Shown here: piece by piece, positions 8,242-17,804 of the stretch
Layout of the letters: every line of letters begins with the position of its first letter
How positions within the stretch are numbered: the first letter of the stretch is position 1
NCBI GenBank assembly: GCA_031459915.1
Contig: JAVKHO010000023.1
Coordinates: 1 to 39,241 of the forward strand
Source of the DNA: Candidatus Tepidifontimicrobium thermophilum
Lineage (GTDB): Bacteria; Sysuimicrobiota; Sysuimicrobiia; Sysuimicrobiales; Sysuimicrobiaceae
Length of the DNA: 39,241 nucleotides
Direction: 5' to 3'
The notes under the pieces: generated by a model
The model's database searches: none
What the model was told of the DNA's origin: nothing
What the model saw: the letters and a program-made list of their open reading frames with translations, nothing else
Position numbers and translations under genes: made by a program

Positions 8242-8907
8242 ATGGCCACACTGGAGGAACGGCTGGCGTTCGTGGAGGGGCGGGTGGAGGAGCTGTCGGG
8301 GGGCTACGTGCAGCTCCGCGAGGACATCCGGGCGCTGCAGGCGCGGGTGGAAGCCATGGATCAGCGGCTCGCCACCCGCATGGACGCTCTGGACCAGAAG
8401 GTGGATCGGTTCCGGGAGGAGCTGAGCGGCCGCATTGACGCCCTTGGAGCCGACCTCCGGCGCCAGATGGAGGCCCTGGACGCCAAGCTGACCGGTCGCA
8501 TGGACGCTCTGGAGGCGGACCTCCGGCGCCAGATCGAGGCCTTGGACACGAAGCTGACCGGTCGCATGGACGCTCTGGAGGCTGACCTCCGGCGCCAGAT
8601 CGAGGCCCTGGACGCCAAGCTGACGGGCCGGATAGACACCGTTGGAGCGGACCTCGTGCACCGGGCAGTGGAGCTGGACAGCAAGCTGACCGGCCGGGTG
8701 GACACCCTGGATACTGACCTCCGGCGCCAGATGGAAGCCCTGGACACCAAGCTGACGGGCCGGATGGACGCCCTGGAGGCGGACCTCAGGCGCCAGATCA
8801 GCGCCCTGGACGCTCGACTGGGCAATTGGCTGCGGTGGTTGGTTGGCATTCTCGTGGTGGCGTTGGTGGGGCAGCTGGGGATCCTGAGCCAGGCCGTGCT
8901 CCGGTAG
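8242..8907 (+). CDS. Tail-anchored coiled-coil repeat protein (11/22-residue repeats, C-terminal TM helix; Bdr/DUF1640/CCDC90-like architecture)
   Basis: RBS and ATG at 8242; repeated RMDALEADLRRQIEALDTKLTG; hydrophobic C-terminus WLVGILVVALVGQLGILS. Confidence 0.8.
   Translation: MATLEERLAFVEGRVEELSGGYVQLREDIRALQARVEAMDQRLATRMDALDQKVDRFREELSGRIDALGADLRRQMEALDAKLTGRMDALEADLRRQIEALDTKLTGRMDALEADLRRQIEALDAKLTGRIDTVGADLVHRAVELDSKLTGRVDTLDTDLRRQMEALDTKLTGRMDALEADLRRQISALDARLGNWLRWLVGILVVALVGQLGILSQAVLR
8431..8826 (+). repeat. Intragenic tandem repeat, about 6 x 66 bp
   Basis: Units start at 8431, 8497, 8563, 8629, 8695 and 8761 (e.g. CGCATGGACGCTCTGGAGGCGGACCTCCGGCGCCAGATCGAGGCCTTGGACACGAAGCTGACCGGT); they are in frame and have no unique spacers. 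Confidence 0.9.
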
Positions 8908-9004
8908 CGGTCTGTCCAGGTCCGTGGCAGCGCAAGACACCCGCCGTTGATCTGGGCCGCGGCCAGTCGTAGAGTTCTCTGGTCGACCCCGGTGCGCGGC
9001 CCCC

Positions 9005-9883
9005 TTAGGGCGTAGCCGCTCTACCCTGTTCTGAAGCTACCCCGCGGACCCGCTCCGCGCCCGTGTACACGTTGAACCGGTCACCCCGGAGGAAGCCCAC
9101 CAGCGTCACCCCGAAGGCCCTGGCCACCTCCACCGCGAGGCTGCTGGGCGCGGAGACTGCGCAGAACACCGGCGCGCCGGCCGCCACGGCCTTCTGCACC
9201 AGCTCGAAACTGGCACGGCCGCTCACCATGACCACAGAGTCCCGAAGGGGAAGCCTGCCCTCCAACAGGGCCCAGCCCACCAGCTTGTCCATGGCGTTGT
9301 GGCGGCCCACGTCCTCCCGGACGGCCAGCAGCCGGCCCTCGGCGTCGAACAGAGCCGCTGCGTGGAGGCCCCCGGTCTGCGCGAACAAGCCCTGCGCTCG
9401 GCGCAGCCTTTCCGGCAACTCCCGCAAAAGGCGCGGCTCCAGGACCGGCCCGCCGTCCAGCACCGGACACCCGCGGATGCGCAGGGCTTCCAGGCTGGCC
9501 TTGCCGCAGACCCCGCACGCGCTGGTGGTGTAGAAGTGGCGCTCCAGCGGTTGCAGGTCTGGGAGGCAGTTGCCCCGGAGCTCCACGGTCACCACGTTGT
9601 AGCGCTGTTCGGCGTCCAGCCCCTCGTCCAGGCAGTACGCGATGCGGCTGACCTCATCCCGGCTCCGGACCACCCCCTCGCAGAACAGGAACCCCGCCGC
9701 CAGCTCGAAGTCGTTTCCCGGGGTCCGCATGGTGACCGCCACGGTCCTGCGGTGGGGACCGGCGACGAGGCGGACCTCCATGGGCTCTTCCGTGGCGAGG
9801 AAGTCCGAGCGGACTTCGAGACTCTCCCCCCGTACCACCCGCACGGCCGCGCGGACTTTGGACGCGGGACGACCCGCCCCCAC
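9005..9883 (-). CDS. fdhD: Formate dehydrogenase accessory sulfurtransferase
   Basis: EEPMEVRL, TMRTPGNDFELAAGFL, SACGVCGK, TGGLHAAALF, REDVGRHNAMDK, SGRASFELVQKA, AVSAPSSLAV. Confidence 0.95.
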   Translation of the reverse strand: MGAGRPASKVRAAVRVVRGESLEVRSDFLATEEPMEVRLVAGPHRRTVAVTMRTPGNDFELAAGFLFCEGVVRSRDEVSRIAYCLDEGLDAEQRYNVVTVELRGNCLPDLQPLERHFYTTSACGVCGKASLEALRIRGCPVLDGGPVLEPRLLRELPERLRRAQGLFAQTGGLHAAALFDAEGRLLAVREDVGRHNAMDKLVGWALLEGRLPLRDSVVMVSGRASFELVQKAVAAGAPVFCAVSAPSSLAVEVARAFGVTLVGFLRGDRFNVYTGAERVRGVASEQGRAATP

Positions 9884-9897
9884 CTGCGCACCCCCTC

Positions 9898-10950
9898 TCA
9901 GACTACTACGTGCACCAGCCCCTCACCGGGCCCCAGGACCTCTCCCACCTCCGCGACGACCGGGACTCTGCGTTCCTCCAAAGCCCTCTGCAAACCGCCC
10001 ACCCGTTCGGGTGCGACCGCCACGAGCAGCCCCCCGCTGGTCTGTGGGTCACACAGGAGCAACTGGACCTCCTCGGAGACTCCGGCGGTCCAGCGGGCGT
10101 ACCGAGTGGCCGCGCGACGGTTGCGGTAGGTCCCGCCCGGGACCACTCGTTCCCGCACGAGGTCCCACGCTTCCTCCAGCACCGGGACCTGCGACGCCCG
10201 CACCTGCACGTCAACCCGGGAAGCCGCGGCCACCTCGTGGAGGTGGCCCACCAGGCCGTAGCCGGTCACGTCGGTGCAGGCGTGCACGCCCACCTCCACC
10301 ATGGCCTCCGAGGCCGCGCGGTTCAGCTCCAGCATGAGCCTGGTCGCAGCTTCCACCGCCGCGGGAGTTGCCCGCTCCTGTTTGATCCCCGTGGTGATTA
10401 CGCCGATTCCCAGGGGCTTGGTGAGGACGAGCCGGTCTCCGGGTCTGGCACCCGCGTTGGTCACGACCCGGTCGGGGTGGACGAACCCTGTCACAGCGTA
10501 CCCGAACTTGGGTTGGGGATCGTCCACGGAGTGGCCCCCGGCCACCACGACCTCCGCCTCCCGCATCTTGTCGAGCCCGCCCCGCAGGATGGCGGCCACC
10601 ACCTCGCGCGGAAGCCGGCCCTGGGGGTAGGCCAGCAGGTTCAGGGCCAGGAACGGCCGCGCGCCCATGGCGTACACGTCCGACAAGCTGTTGGCTGCCG
10701 CGATGGCCCCGTACGCGTACGGGTCGTCCACCACGGGCGTGAACACATCCAACGTCTGGACGATGGCCCGCTCCGCGTCGATCCGGTAGACGGCAGCGTC
10801 GTCCCGCGTCTCCAGCCCCACCAGCAGGTTGGGGTGGGACACGGAAGGCAGCCGGGCCAGCAGCTCCGCCAGGTCCTCCGGACCCAGTTTGGACGCTCAA
10901 CCCGCGCAGTCTACCAGGCTGGTCAGCCGCACCCGCTCGCGTTCGGTCAC
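9898..10950 (-). CDS. selD: Selenide, water dikinase (selenophosphate synthetase), itself a selenoprotein (Sec18)
   Basis: GGAGG RBS then GTG at 10950: MTERERVRLTSLVDCAG-U(TGA at 10899-10897)-ASKLGPEDL, in frame with the 314-aa track ORF (DDAAVY, ANSLSDVYAMG, GGHS, TDVTGYGLVGHL, DPQTSGGLL). Confidence 0.95.
10868..10888 (-). promoter_or_regulatory. Putative bacterial SECIS of selD
   Basis: About 12 nt after the UGA the minus strand forms the hairpin GGTCC-GGA-GGACC. Confidence 0.55.
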
Positions 10951-10979
10951 GGGGTCCTCCCCGCAGTGCCCTCTGCGCT

Positions 10980-11057
10980 ATTATGCCTCGGTCCGGCATT
11001 TTTCGCTGCGCGGAAACCCACGGGACCCTTGACACCTCCCGCGGGCCGTGCTTGATT
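10980..11057. promoter_or_regulatory. Divergent promoter region for selD and fdnG
   Basis: TTGACA (11029-11034)-N17-TTGATT pointing toward fdnG; CATAAT on the minus strand (10985-10980) pointing toward selD. Confidence 0.45.
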
Positions 11058-11099
11058 TTGTCCAGTGGACGTGCCGTCGGGCAGGGGGAGGTGGGGCTC

Positions 11100-14000
11100 A
11101 TGGCCACGACGGTGACCCGCCGGGCGTTCCTGAGGGCCGGGGCGGCCGGCGCTGCAGCGACCCTCTTCGGCTTCGACCTCAGACCCGCCCAAGCCCAGGT
11201 CCGGACCCTGAAAATCGAGCGCACCACGGAGACCCGCAGCATCTGCCCCTATTGTTCTGTGAGCTGCGGGGTGATCATCCACACCCTCGGGGACCGGTCC
11301 CGCAACGTCACTGGTTCCACCGTGGTGCACGTGGAGGGCGACCCGGACAGCCCCATCAACCGGGGCACTCTGTGCCCGAAGGGAGCGGCGCTGCGGCACA
11401 ACATCAACAGCGAGAAGCGCCTCACCCGGGTGCTGTACCGGGCTCCGGGCAGCGACCGGTGGGAGGAGAAAAGCTGGGAGTGGGCCCTCGATACCATCGC
11501 CCGGCGCCTCAAGGACACCCGAGACCGCACCCTCCGGCTCCAGGACGCCCAGGGCAACCCGTGCAACTGCCTGACCTCCGTAGGTGTCCTGGGCTTCAGC
11601 GCCCACGACAACGAGGCCGGCTGGCTCGCCAACAAGGTCCTCCGTACCGCCTTCGGGATCATCCCCTTCGAGACCCAGGCACGGATATGACACGACCCCA
11701 CGGTGGCCAGTTTGGCCCCGACTTTCGGACGCGGCGCGATGACCAACAGCTGGAACGACATCGCCAACGCAGATGTGGTGTTGGCGATGGGCGGCAACCC
11801 CGCGGAGAACCACCCGGTGGGGTTCCGGTTCGTGATGGAGGCCAAGCGCAAGCGGGGCGCCAGGCTGGTGGCGGTGGACGTCCGCTTCCAGCGGACCGCC
11901 GCGGTCGCTGACCACTTCGTCCAGATCCGCCCCGGCACGGACATCGCCTTCCTGGGAGGTCTCATCAACTACGCCCTGCAGAACGGCCGCTACCACGAGG
12001 AGTACCTGCGACTGTACACCAACGCCCCCTTCCTCGTCCGCGAGGACTTCTCCTTCAACGAGAAGGAGGGTGTGTTCTCCGGCTGGAAGGAGGACAAGAA
12101 GGAGTACGACCGGTCCAGCTGGGACTACGAGCTGGACGACCAGGGGTTCGCGAAGGTGGACCTCACCCTGCGGCACCCCCGCACGGTGTTCCAGTGGATG
12201 AAGCGGTTTTACTCCCGGTACACGCCGGAGGTGGTGGCGAACATCTGCGGCTGTTCCAAGGAGGACTTCCTCAAGGCCGCGGAGATCATCACGGAGACCC
12301 ACCGGCCGGACAAGGCGATGACCATCCTGTACGCCCTGGGCTGGACCCACCACAGTTACTCCGTCCAGCTCATCCACTGCGCGGCCATGCTCCAACTGAT
12401 CCTGGGGAACATCGGGGTCGCCGGGGGCGGCGTGAACGCGCTCCGCGGCCACGCCAACGTCCAGGGCAACACGGACATGGCGGTCCAGACTCACAACCTG
12501 CCCGGGTACCTGGCCATGCCGCGGGCCCGCTGGCGGACCCTGGAGGACTACATCAAGGCGCGCACCCCCAGGCCCCTGCGGCCCAACTCCATGAACTTCT
12601 GGCAGAACACGGACCGGTTCATGGTGAGCCTGCTGAAGGCGTTCTTCGGGCCGAAGGCCACGAAAGACAACGGGTTCGGGTACGGGTGGCTCCCGAAGAT
12701 CCCCATCCGCGCGGACGGGAAGGAGGAGCGGTGGACCTGGGTGTTCATGAGCGACGCCATGTTCCGCGGTGACCTGCAGGGGCTGTTTGTCTTCGGGATG
12801 AACCCCGTGAACCACGGCCCGAACACCCGGAAGGTCATCCGGGGGCTGGCGAACCTGAAGTGGCTGGTGGTGGCGGAAACTTACGAGACGGAGACCGCGG
12901 GCTTCTGGAGGCCGGAGATCCTGGAGCACGTGGGCCTCAAGCCCCAGGACGTGCAGACGGAGGTCTTCCTGCTGCCCGCGGCCAACTTCGCGGAGAAGGA
13001 CGGGAGCTTCACCAACTCCGCCCGCTGGATCCAGTGGAAGTGGAAGGCCGTGGACCCGCCCGGGGAGGCCAAGGACGACCGGGAGATCCTGGCCCGGCTG
13101 TTCCTGAAGGTGCGGGACCTGTACCGGAAGGAGGGCGGGAAGTTCCCCGAGCCCGTCCTGAACCTGTGGTGGTGGTACACGCAGCCTGAGAACCCCAGCG
13201 CGGACGAGCTGCTGCGGGAGATCAACGGCTTCGCCCTGGAGGAGGTCAAGGACGACAAGGGCAACGTGGTCCTGAAGAAAGGGGAGCAGGTGAAGGCCTT
13301 CCTCCAGCTCCAGAAGGACGGCTCCACCTGCAGCGGCAACTGGCTGTACGTGGGCGTGTACACGGACCAGAACAACGCCGCCCGGCGCGACCCCTCCGAC
13401 CCCACGGGCCTGGGCTTCCACCACAACTGGGCCTTCAACTGGCCCGCCAACCGCCGGATCCTGTACAACCGGGCCAGTGCGGACGCCCAGGGCCGCCCCT
13501 GGGACCCCAAGCGGCCGGTGTTGCGGTGGACCGGCGAGCGGTGGGTGGGGGACGTGCCGGACTACAAAGTGGACTCCCCGCCCGAGGCGGGGCTGGGCGC
13601 CTTCATCATGCTGGCGGAGGGAGTCGCGCGCTTGTTCACCGCCGGCTCTTTCGTGGACGGGCCGTTCCCCGAGCACTACGAGCCCGTGGAGTCTCCGGTG
13701 GAAAACCTCCTGCACCCCAAGCACAGCGCCAACCCCGTGGCCGTGATCTTCACCGGCACCGAGTGGGACAAGCTCGGCGACCCGCGGGAGTTCAACATCG
13801 CCTGCAGCACCTACCGGCTCACCGAACACCAGCACTACTGGACGAAGAACAACGCCATCAATGCAGAGCTGCAGAACGAGTTCTTCATCGAGATCCCTGA
13901 GGAGCTGGCCCGGGAGCGGGGGATCCGGAACGGGGACTTCGTGCGGGTCTCTTCCGCTCGCCACTCCATCGTAGGCCGGGCCATGGTGACCCGGCGGATC

Positions 14001-14180
14001 AAGCCGCTCCAGGTGAACGGAAAGAAGGTCTACGCCATCGGCTTCCCCATCCACTGGGGCTACCTGGGCTTCGGTCGGCAGAAGGGCGGGATCGCCAACT
14101 TCGTGACCCCGTCCGTGGTGGATCCCAACAGCACGTGCCCGGAGTACAAGGGGTTCCTGGTCAAGCTGGAAAAGGCGTAG
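11100..14180 (+). CDS. fdnG: Formate dehydrogenase-N/O type alpha subunit, Tat-exported Mo/W-bisPGD selenoprotein (Sec197)
   Basis: Tat signal TRRAFL; CPYCSVSC...LCPKG Fe-S motif; QARI-TGA(11688-11690)-HDPTVASLAPTFGRGAMTN in frame with the 825-aa ORF; ALRGHANVQG. The two track ORFs are one gene. Confidence 0.96.
11701..11720 (+). promoter_or_regulatory. Putative bacterial SECIS of fdnG
   Basis: GGCCA-GTT-TGGCC hairpin about 15 nt 3' of the UGA, in the same position as the E. coli fdnG-type SECIS. Confidence 0.6.
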
Positions 14181-14192
14181 GGGGTAGGGGCC

Positions 14193-15083
14193 ATGCCGAG
14201 GGTGGGCCTGGAAGTCAAGGCAGTTTCGGCCACCAAGCGGGTGACCCCCGGGCTGGGGCACCCGCCCACGGGCGAGGTCACCAAGCTCGTGGACGTGTCC
14301 GTGTGCATCGGGTGTAAGGCCTGTGAGGTGGCGTGTAAGGAGTGGAACGACCTCCCCCCCAACCCGGACCGCCCCTTCACCGGCTCCTACCAGACGCTGC
14401 CCGACCTGGACTACAATTTCTGGCAGCTCATCAAGTTCAACGAGGTGGAGCGGGACGGCCGCCTGGTCTGGACCCTCACCAAGTTCCAGTGCATGCACTG
14501 CGAGGACCCCGGCTGCCTGCGGGCGTGTCCTGCGCCCGGCGCCATCGTGCAGTACGCCAATGGGATCGTGGACTTCGTGCAGGAGAACTGCATCGGCTGT
14601 CAGTTCTGCGTCACCGGCTGCCCCTTCGATGTGCCGCGCATCAGCCCCACCACCGGTAAGGTGTACAAGTGCACCCTGTGTTCAGACCGGGTGGCGGCGG
14701 GGCTGGAACCAGCCTGCGTGAAGGCCTGCCCCACCAACGCCATCTCCTTCGGCACCCGGCCGAAGATGCTGGCGCAGGCAGAGGAGCGGGTCCAGAGGCT
14801 GAAGGCGGACGGGTACGCGGAGGCCACCGTCTACAACCCGCCCGGGGTGAGCGGCACCCACGTGATCTACGTCCTGCCCTTCGGGAACGAACCGGAGCTC
14901 TACGGGCTTCCCAAGAACCCGCGGGTCACCTTCGTCAACCTGTGGAAGGGCCCGTTGAAGTGGCTGGGCAACACGGTGCTGTTCGGCGGGATTCTGGGCG
15001 CGGTGCTGCACTACTTCCGCTTCGGCCCGCGGGAGGTGAACGGGAAGGGCGCCGGGGCAAGCCACCCGGAGAGGGTGCAGTGA
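14193..15083 (+). CDS. fdnH: Formate dehydrogenase beta (Fe-S) subunit
   Basis: Four Cys clusters (CIGCKACEVAC, CMHCEDPGCLRAC, CIGCQFCVTGC, CTLC...CVKAC) and a C-terminal TM helix. Confidence 0.95.
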   Translation: MPRVGLEVKAVSATKRVTPGLGHPPTGEVTKLVDVSVCIGCKACEVACKEWNDLPPNPDRPFTGSYQTLPDLDYNFWQLIKFNEVERDGRLVWTLTKFQCMHCEDPGCLRACPAPGAIVQYANGIVDFVQENCIGCQFCVTGCPFDVPRISPTTGKVYKCTLCSDRVAAGLEPACVKACPTNAISFGTRPKMLAQAEERVQRLKADGYAEATVYNPPGVSGTHVIYVLPFGNEPELYGLPKNPRVTFVNLWKGPLKWLGNTVLFGGILGAVLHYFRFGPREVNGKGAGASHPERVQ

Positions 15084-15092
15084 GGTGAGGCC

Positions 15093-15740
15093 ATGGAGCA
15101 GCGGACGGAGCGGGACGAGGGGATCCTGCGGTACACGATGGGCGAGCGGATCGTGCACTGGGTGGTGGCACTGTCCTTTCTGTACCTGCTGCTGACCGGG
15201 CTCGCCCTGTTCTACCCGCCCTTCTACTGGCTGGTGGGCCTGTTCGGGGGTGGGCCGGTGGTCCGCTACTGGCACCCCGTCGTGGGGGTGATCTTCTTCG
15301 GGGCGCTGGCGGTGATGCTGCTCATGTGGGCGCGGGACATGAGGCTCGAGCGGCACGACCGCGAGTGGCTGCGACACATGGGGGACTACGCAGTCGGGCG
15401 GGAGGAGGCGGTGCCCCCTTCTGGCCGGTTCAACGCGGGGCAGAAGCTGCTGTTCTACCTGCAGTTCCTCGCGGGGACTTTGCTGCTGCTGTCGGGCGTC
15501 GTCCTCTGGTTCCCCCTCAGCTTCGGTCGGCTGGTCCGGGAGGCGAGCTTCGTGGTGCACGACCTGGCGGCCATCGCGGCCATGGGGGCTCTGATCCTGC
15601 ACATCTACATGGGCGTGTTCGTCATCCGCGGCAGCTGGGAGGCCATCACCCGGGGCACAGTGTCGCGCAGGTGGGCGGAGGCCCACCACGGGCTGTGGTT
15701 CCGGCAGCTGCGGGCGGCGGGGTCGCGTTCGCAGGAGTAG
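15093..15740 (+). CDS. fdnI: Formate dehydrogenase gamma (cytochrome b556) subunit
   Basis: ERIVHW, RFNAGQK, HIYM, WAEAHHGLW; four TM helices. Confidence 0.93.
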   Translation: MEQRTERDEGILRYTMGERIVHWVVALSFLYLLLTGLALFYPPFYWLVGLFGGGPVVRYWHPVVGVIFFGALAVMLLMWARDMRLERHDREWLRHMGDYAVGREEAVPPSGRFNAGQKLLFYLQFLAGTLLLLSGVVLWFPLSFGRLVREASFVVHDLAAIAAMGALILHIYMGVFVIRGSWEAITRGTVSRRWAEAHHGLWFRQLRAAGSRSQE

Positions 15741-15804
15741 GGGTGCGGGAGGGTCCGGAACGTCGGAACCGCCTGCAACGTTCCCGCGCCCTCCGCCTGG
15801 CGCG

Positions 15805-16653
15805 GTGACCGCGAGCTGGGAACGGCGGCTGCAGCGCGCCGAGGAACTCGCGCAGCGGTGGCCGTTCGCGACGGAAGCGCTGAAGTTCTACGCCCACGTG
15901 GCGCGTTTCCAGGCCAGCCTGCAGGACGCTCTGCGGGGCTCGGTCCCTGTGCTCGCCTGCAAGGAAGAGGGGTTCGTCCTCCGGTCCGCCTCCCCCCTTG
16001 ACCACCGCCTTCTCCTGAGGCCGAAGTTCGCCGGCTTCCTCGAGCTCGTACGGGAGATAGCCCCGCCGCAGCTGGCCGCCGCGGCGGACGCCTTGCGGTC
16101 AACCCCCGAAGAGCTCTGGGAAGCCCTGTGGGACGGGTACTGGAGAGGTCAGGCGCTCCCCGACTTGGAGGTCGAGGGTCCGCTGTTGGCGTTCTTCCCC
16201 AAAGCCTTCCTCCAGCCATACGCGGCGCTGCTGGCCGCTGGCCTGCGCGGGGACGGGGAGGGAGACGCCCTGTCCAGCCCGGGTGTGGAAACGTCGCCCG
16301 TCTGTCCCCTGTGTGGCGCTGCCCCTCAAGTGTCCGTCCTGCGCGAGGAGGGCCACGGCGCGGCGCGCTCGCTGCTGTGCGCCCGGTGTGAGACAGAGTG
16401 GCGGTACAAGCGGGTCCGGTGCGTGGCGTGTGGAGAGGAGGAGGCCCGGCGCCTGGTCTACCTACAGGCCACGGAGTGGCCCCACGTCCGGGTCAGTGCG
16501 TGCCAGGTGTGCCGCCGCTACATCAAGGAGGTCGACCTGACCAGGGACGGGCTCGCAGTACCTGTGGTGGACGAGATCGCTGCGATCCCCCTGGACCTGG
16601 CAGCCGGGGAGGAGGGGTACGAGAAGGTGGAGCCCAACCTGATCGGCCTGTGA
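15805..16653 (+). CDS. fdhE: Formate dehydrogenase maturation protein
   Basis: CPLCG, CARCETEW, RCVACG, CQVCRRYIK, DEIAAIPLD; follows fdnI. Confidence 0.92.
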   Translation: MTASWERRLQRAEELAQRWPFATEALKFYAHVARFQASLQDALRGSVPVLACKEEGFVLRSASPLDHRLLLRPKFAGFLELVREIAPPQLAAAADALRSTPEELWEALWDGYWRGQALPDLEVEGPLLAFFPKAFLQPYAALLAAGLRGDGEGDALSSPGVETSPVCPLCGAAPQVSVLREEGHGAARSLLCARCETEWRYKRVRCVACGEEEARRLVYLQATEWPHVRVSACQVCRRYIKEVDLTRDGLAVPVVDEIAAIPLDLAAGEEGYEKVEPNLIGL

Positions 16654-16772
16654 CCGGTCCGGGGGGGCGAAATTCTTTGCGGTGCGGGCGTCCAGCGGAT
16701 GCCGGGGGCTCCGCAAACCGTTAGGCTCTTTGTGGGGACCTGTTCCCGAACAGGCCCGGGCCTGGAACTGCC

Positions 16773-17804
16773 ATGACGGCCGAGAGGGTGTCGAAACCTG
16801 CCCTCCAGGAGCGGACAGCTCGGCAGCCCGACGCGTTCACAGCCGCCCACCTAGTGGCCGCGCTTCAGAGTGCTCTCGCGGAGCTGCGCCGGTCCTGTGA
16901 CGAAGTGAATGCCCTCAACGTGTTCCCCGTGGCAGACCACGACACCGGCTCCAACCTGTGCGCGACCCTCGCCAGTGCTGCAGACGCGGTGCGGGAGGTG
17001 GAAGGCAAGGACCTCGGTACCGTCGCCGAGGCCGCAGCCCGCGGGGCCTTCTTCGGAGCCCGGGGAAACTCCGGAGCCATCCTGGCGGAATACCTGTACG
17101 GCCTGAGCCAGGCGTGGAGCGGGCTCGAGCAGGCAGACGCCCAGAGGACGGCCGCCGCCTTGAACCGGGCGGCCCGCACCGCCCGGGCGGCGGTGCACAA
17201 CCCGGTGGAGGGCACCATCCTCACGGTGGCGGACGCGGCTGCCGCCGCAGGCGGCCGAGGCGCCGTCCTGCTGGAGGTCCTGGATCTCGCGGCTGCCGCG
17301 GCCCGCGCGGCGTGGTCACGGACCCGAAGACTGCTCCCGGCCCTCCGCCGTGCGGGGGTGGTGGACGCAGGGGCGGCTGGGGTGGTGGCTTTGCTGGAGG
17401 CCATGGCGGCGGCGGTGAGGGGGGTCCCAGCTCCGCCTCTCTCGCCTCCCGCGCGCGGGGCGGTTGCCGCAGTCTGGGCCGGGCCGGTCCCCCTGGCCGC
17501 CCGCTACTGCACCGAGGTGGTCGTACGAGCCCATCGGCTTCCCGGCACACGGGCCCGCCGCGCCCTGGAACGACTCGGGGACTCCGTGGTGGTGGCCGAA
17601 CGCGACGGTCTGGTCCGGGTGCACGTCCACACCGAAACTCCCCACCTGGTGCTGCTACGCGCCGCCCGCTGGGGCGAGGTGCAGGAGATCCGGGCGCTGA
17701 GGCTCTCCCCGGATCGGGTGGAGGAGCCGGAGCCCGTCAGGGCTCCGGCAGGTACGCGACCCCCAGCACGCCCGGGCCGGTGTTCACGGCCATTACAGGG
17801 GTGA
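16773..17804 (+). CDS. DAK2-domain protein (short FakA/YloV-like fatty acid kinase subunit)
   Basis: VNALNVFPVADHDTGSNL, GARGNSGAIL, PVEGTILTV, GVVDAGA, YCTE, LGDSVVV, VRVHVHT; lacks the usual C-terminal domain. Confidence 0.85.
   Translation: MTAERVSKPALQERTARQPDAFTAAHLVAALQSALAELRRSCDEVNALNVFPVADHDTGSNLCATLASAADAVREVEGKDLGTVAEAAARGAFFGARGNSGAILAEYLYGLSQAWSGLEQADAQRTAAALNRAARTARAAVHNPVEGTILTVADAAAAAGGRGAVLLEVLDLAAAAARAAWSRTRRLLPALRRAGVVDAGAAGVVALLEAMAAAVRGVPAPPLSPPARGAVAAVWAGPVPLAARYCTEVVVRAHRLPGTRARRALERLGDSVVVAERDGLVRVHVHTETPHLVLLRAARWGEVQEIRALRLSPDRVEEPEPVRAPAGTRPPARPGRCSRPLQG

Noticed and set aside
8431..8826. 66-bp repeats as a second CRISPR-like or non-coding array
   Set aside because: Contiguous, in-frame coding repeats with synonymous variation and no unique spacers.
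10843..10950. selD as N-terminally truncated (314 aa)
   Set aside because: The frame continues through a UGA at the catalytic Cys/Sec site to a GTG with a GGAGG RBS.
11688..11690. fdnG as a split gene or pseudogene
   Set aside because: The TGA is in frame at the catalytic Sec position, with a downstream hairpin and the full Sec machinery alongside.
10947..14498. 1183-aa minus-strand ORF, and other long antisense ORFs (30276-32693, 25070-27094, 1317-2420, 18767-20302)
   Set aside because: Shadow ORFs antisense to well-supported genes; expected from stop-codon scarcity at high GC and lacking recognisable motifs.
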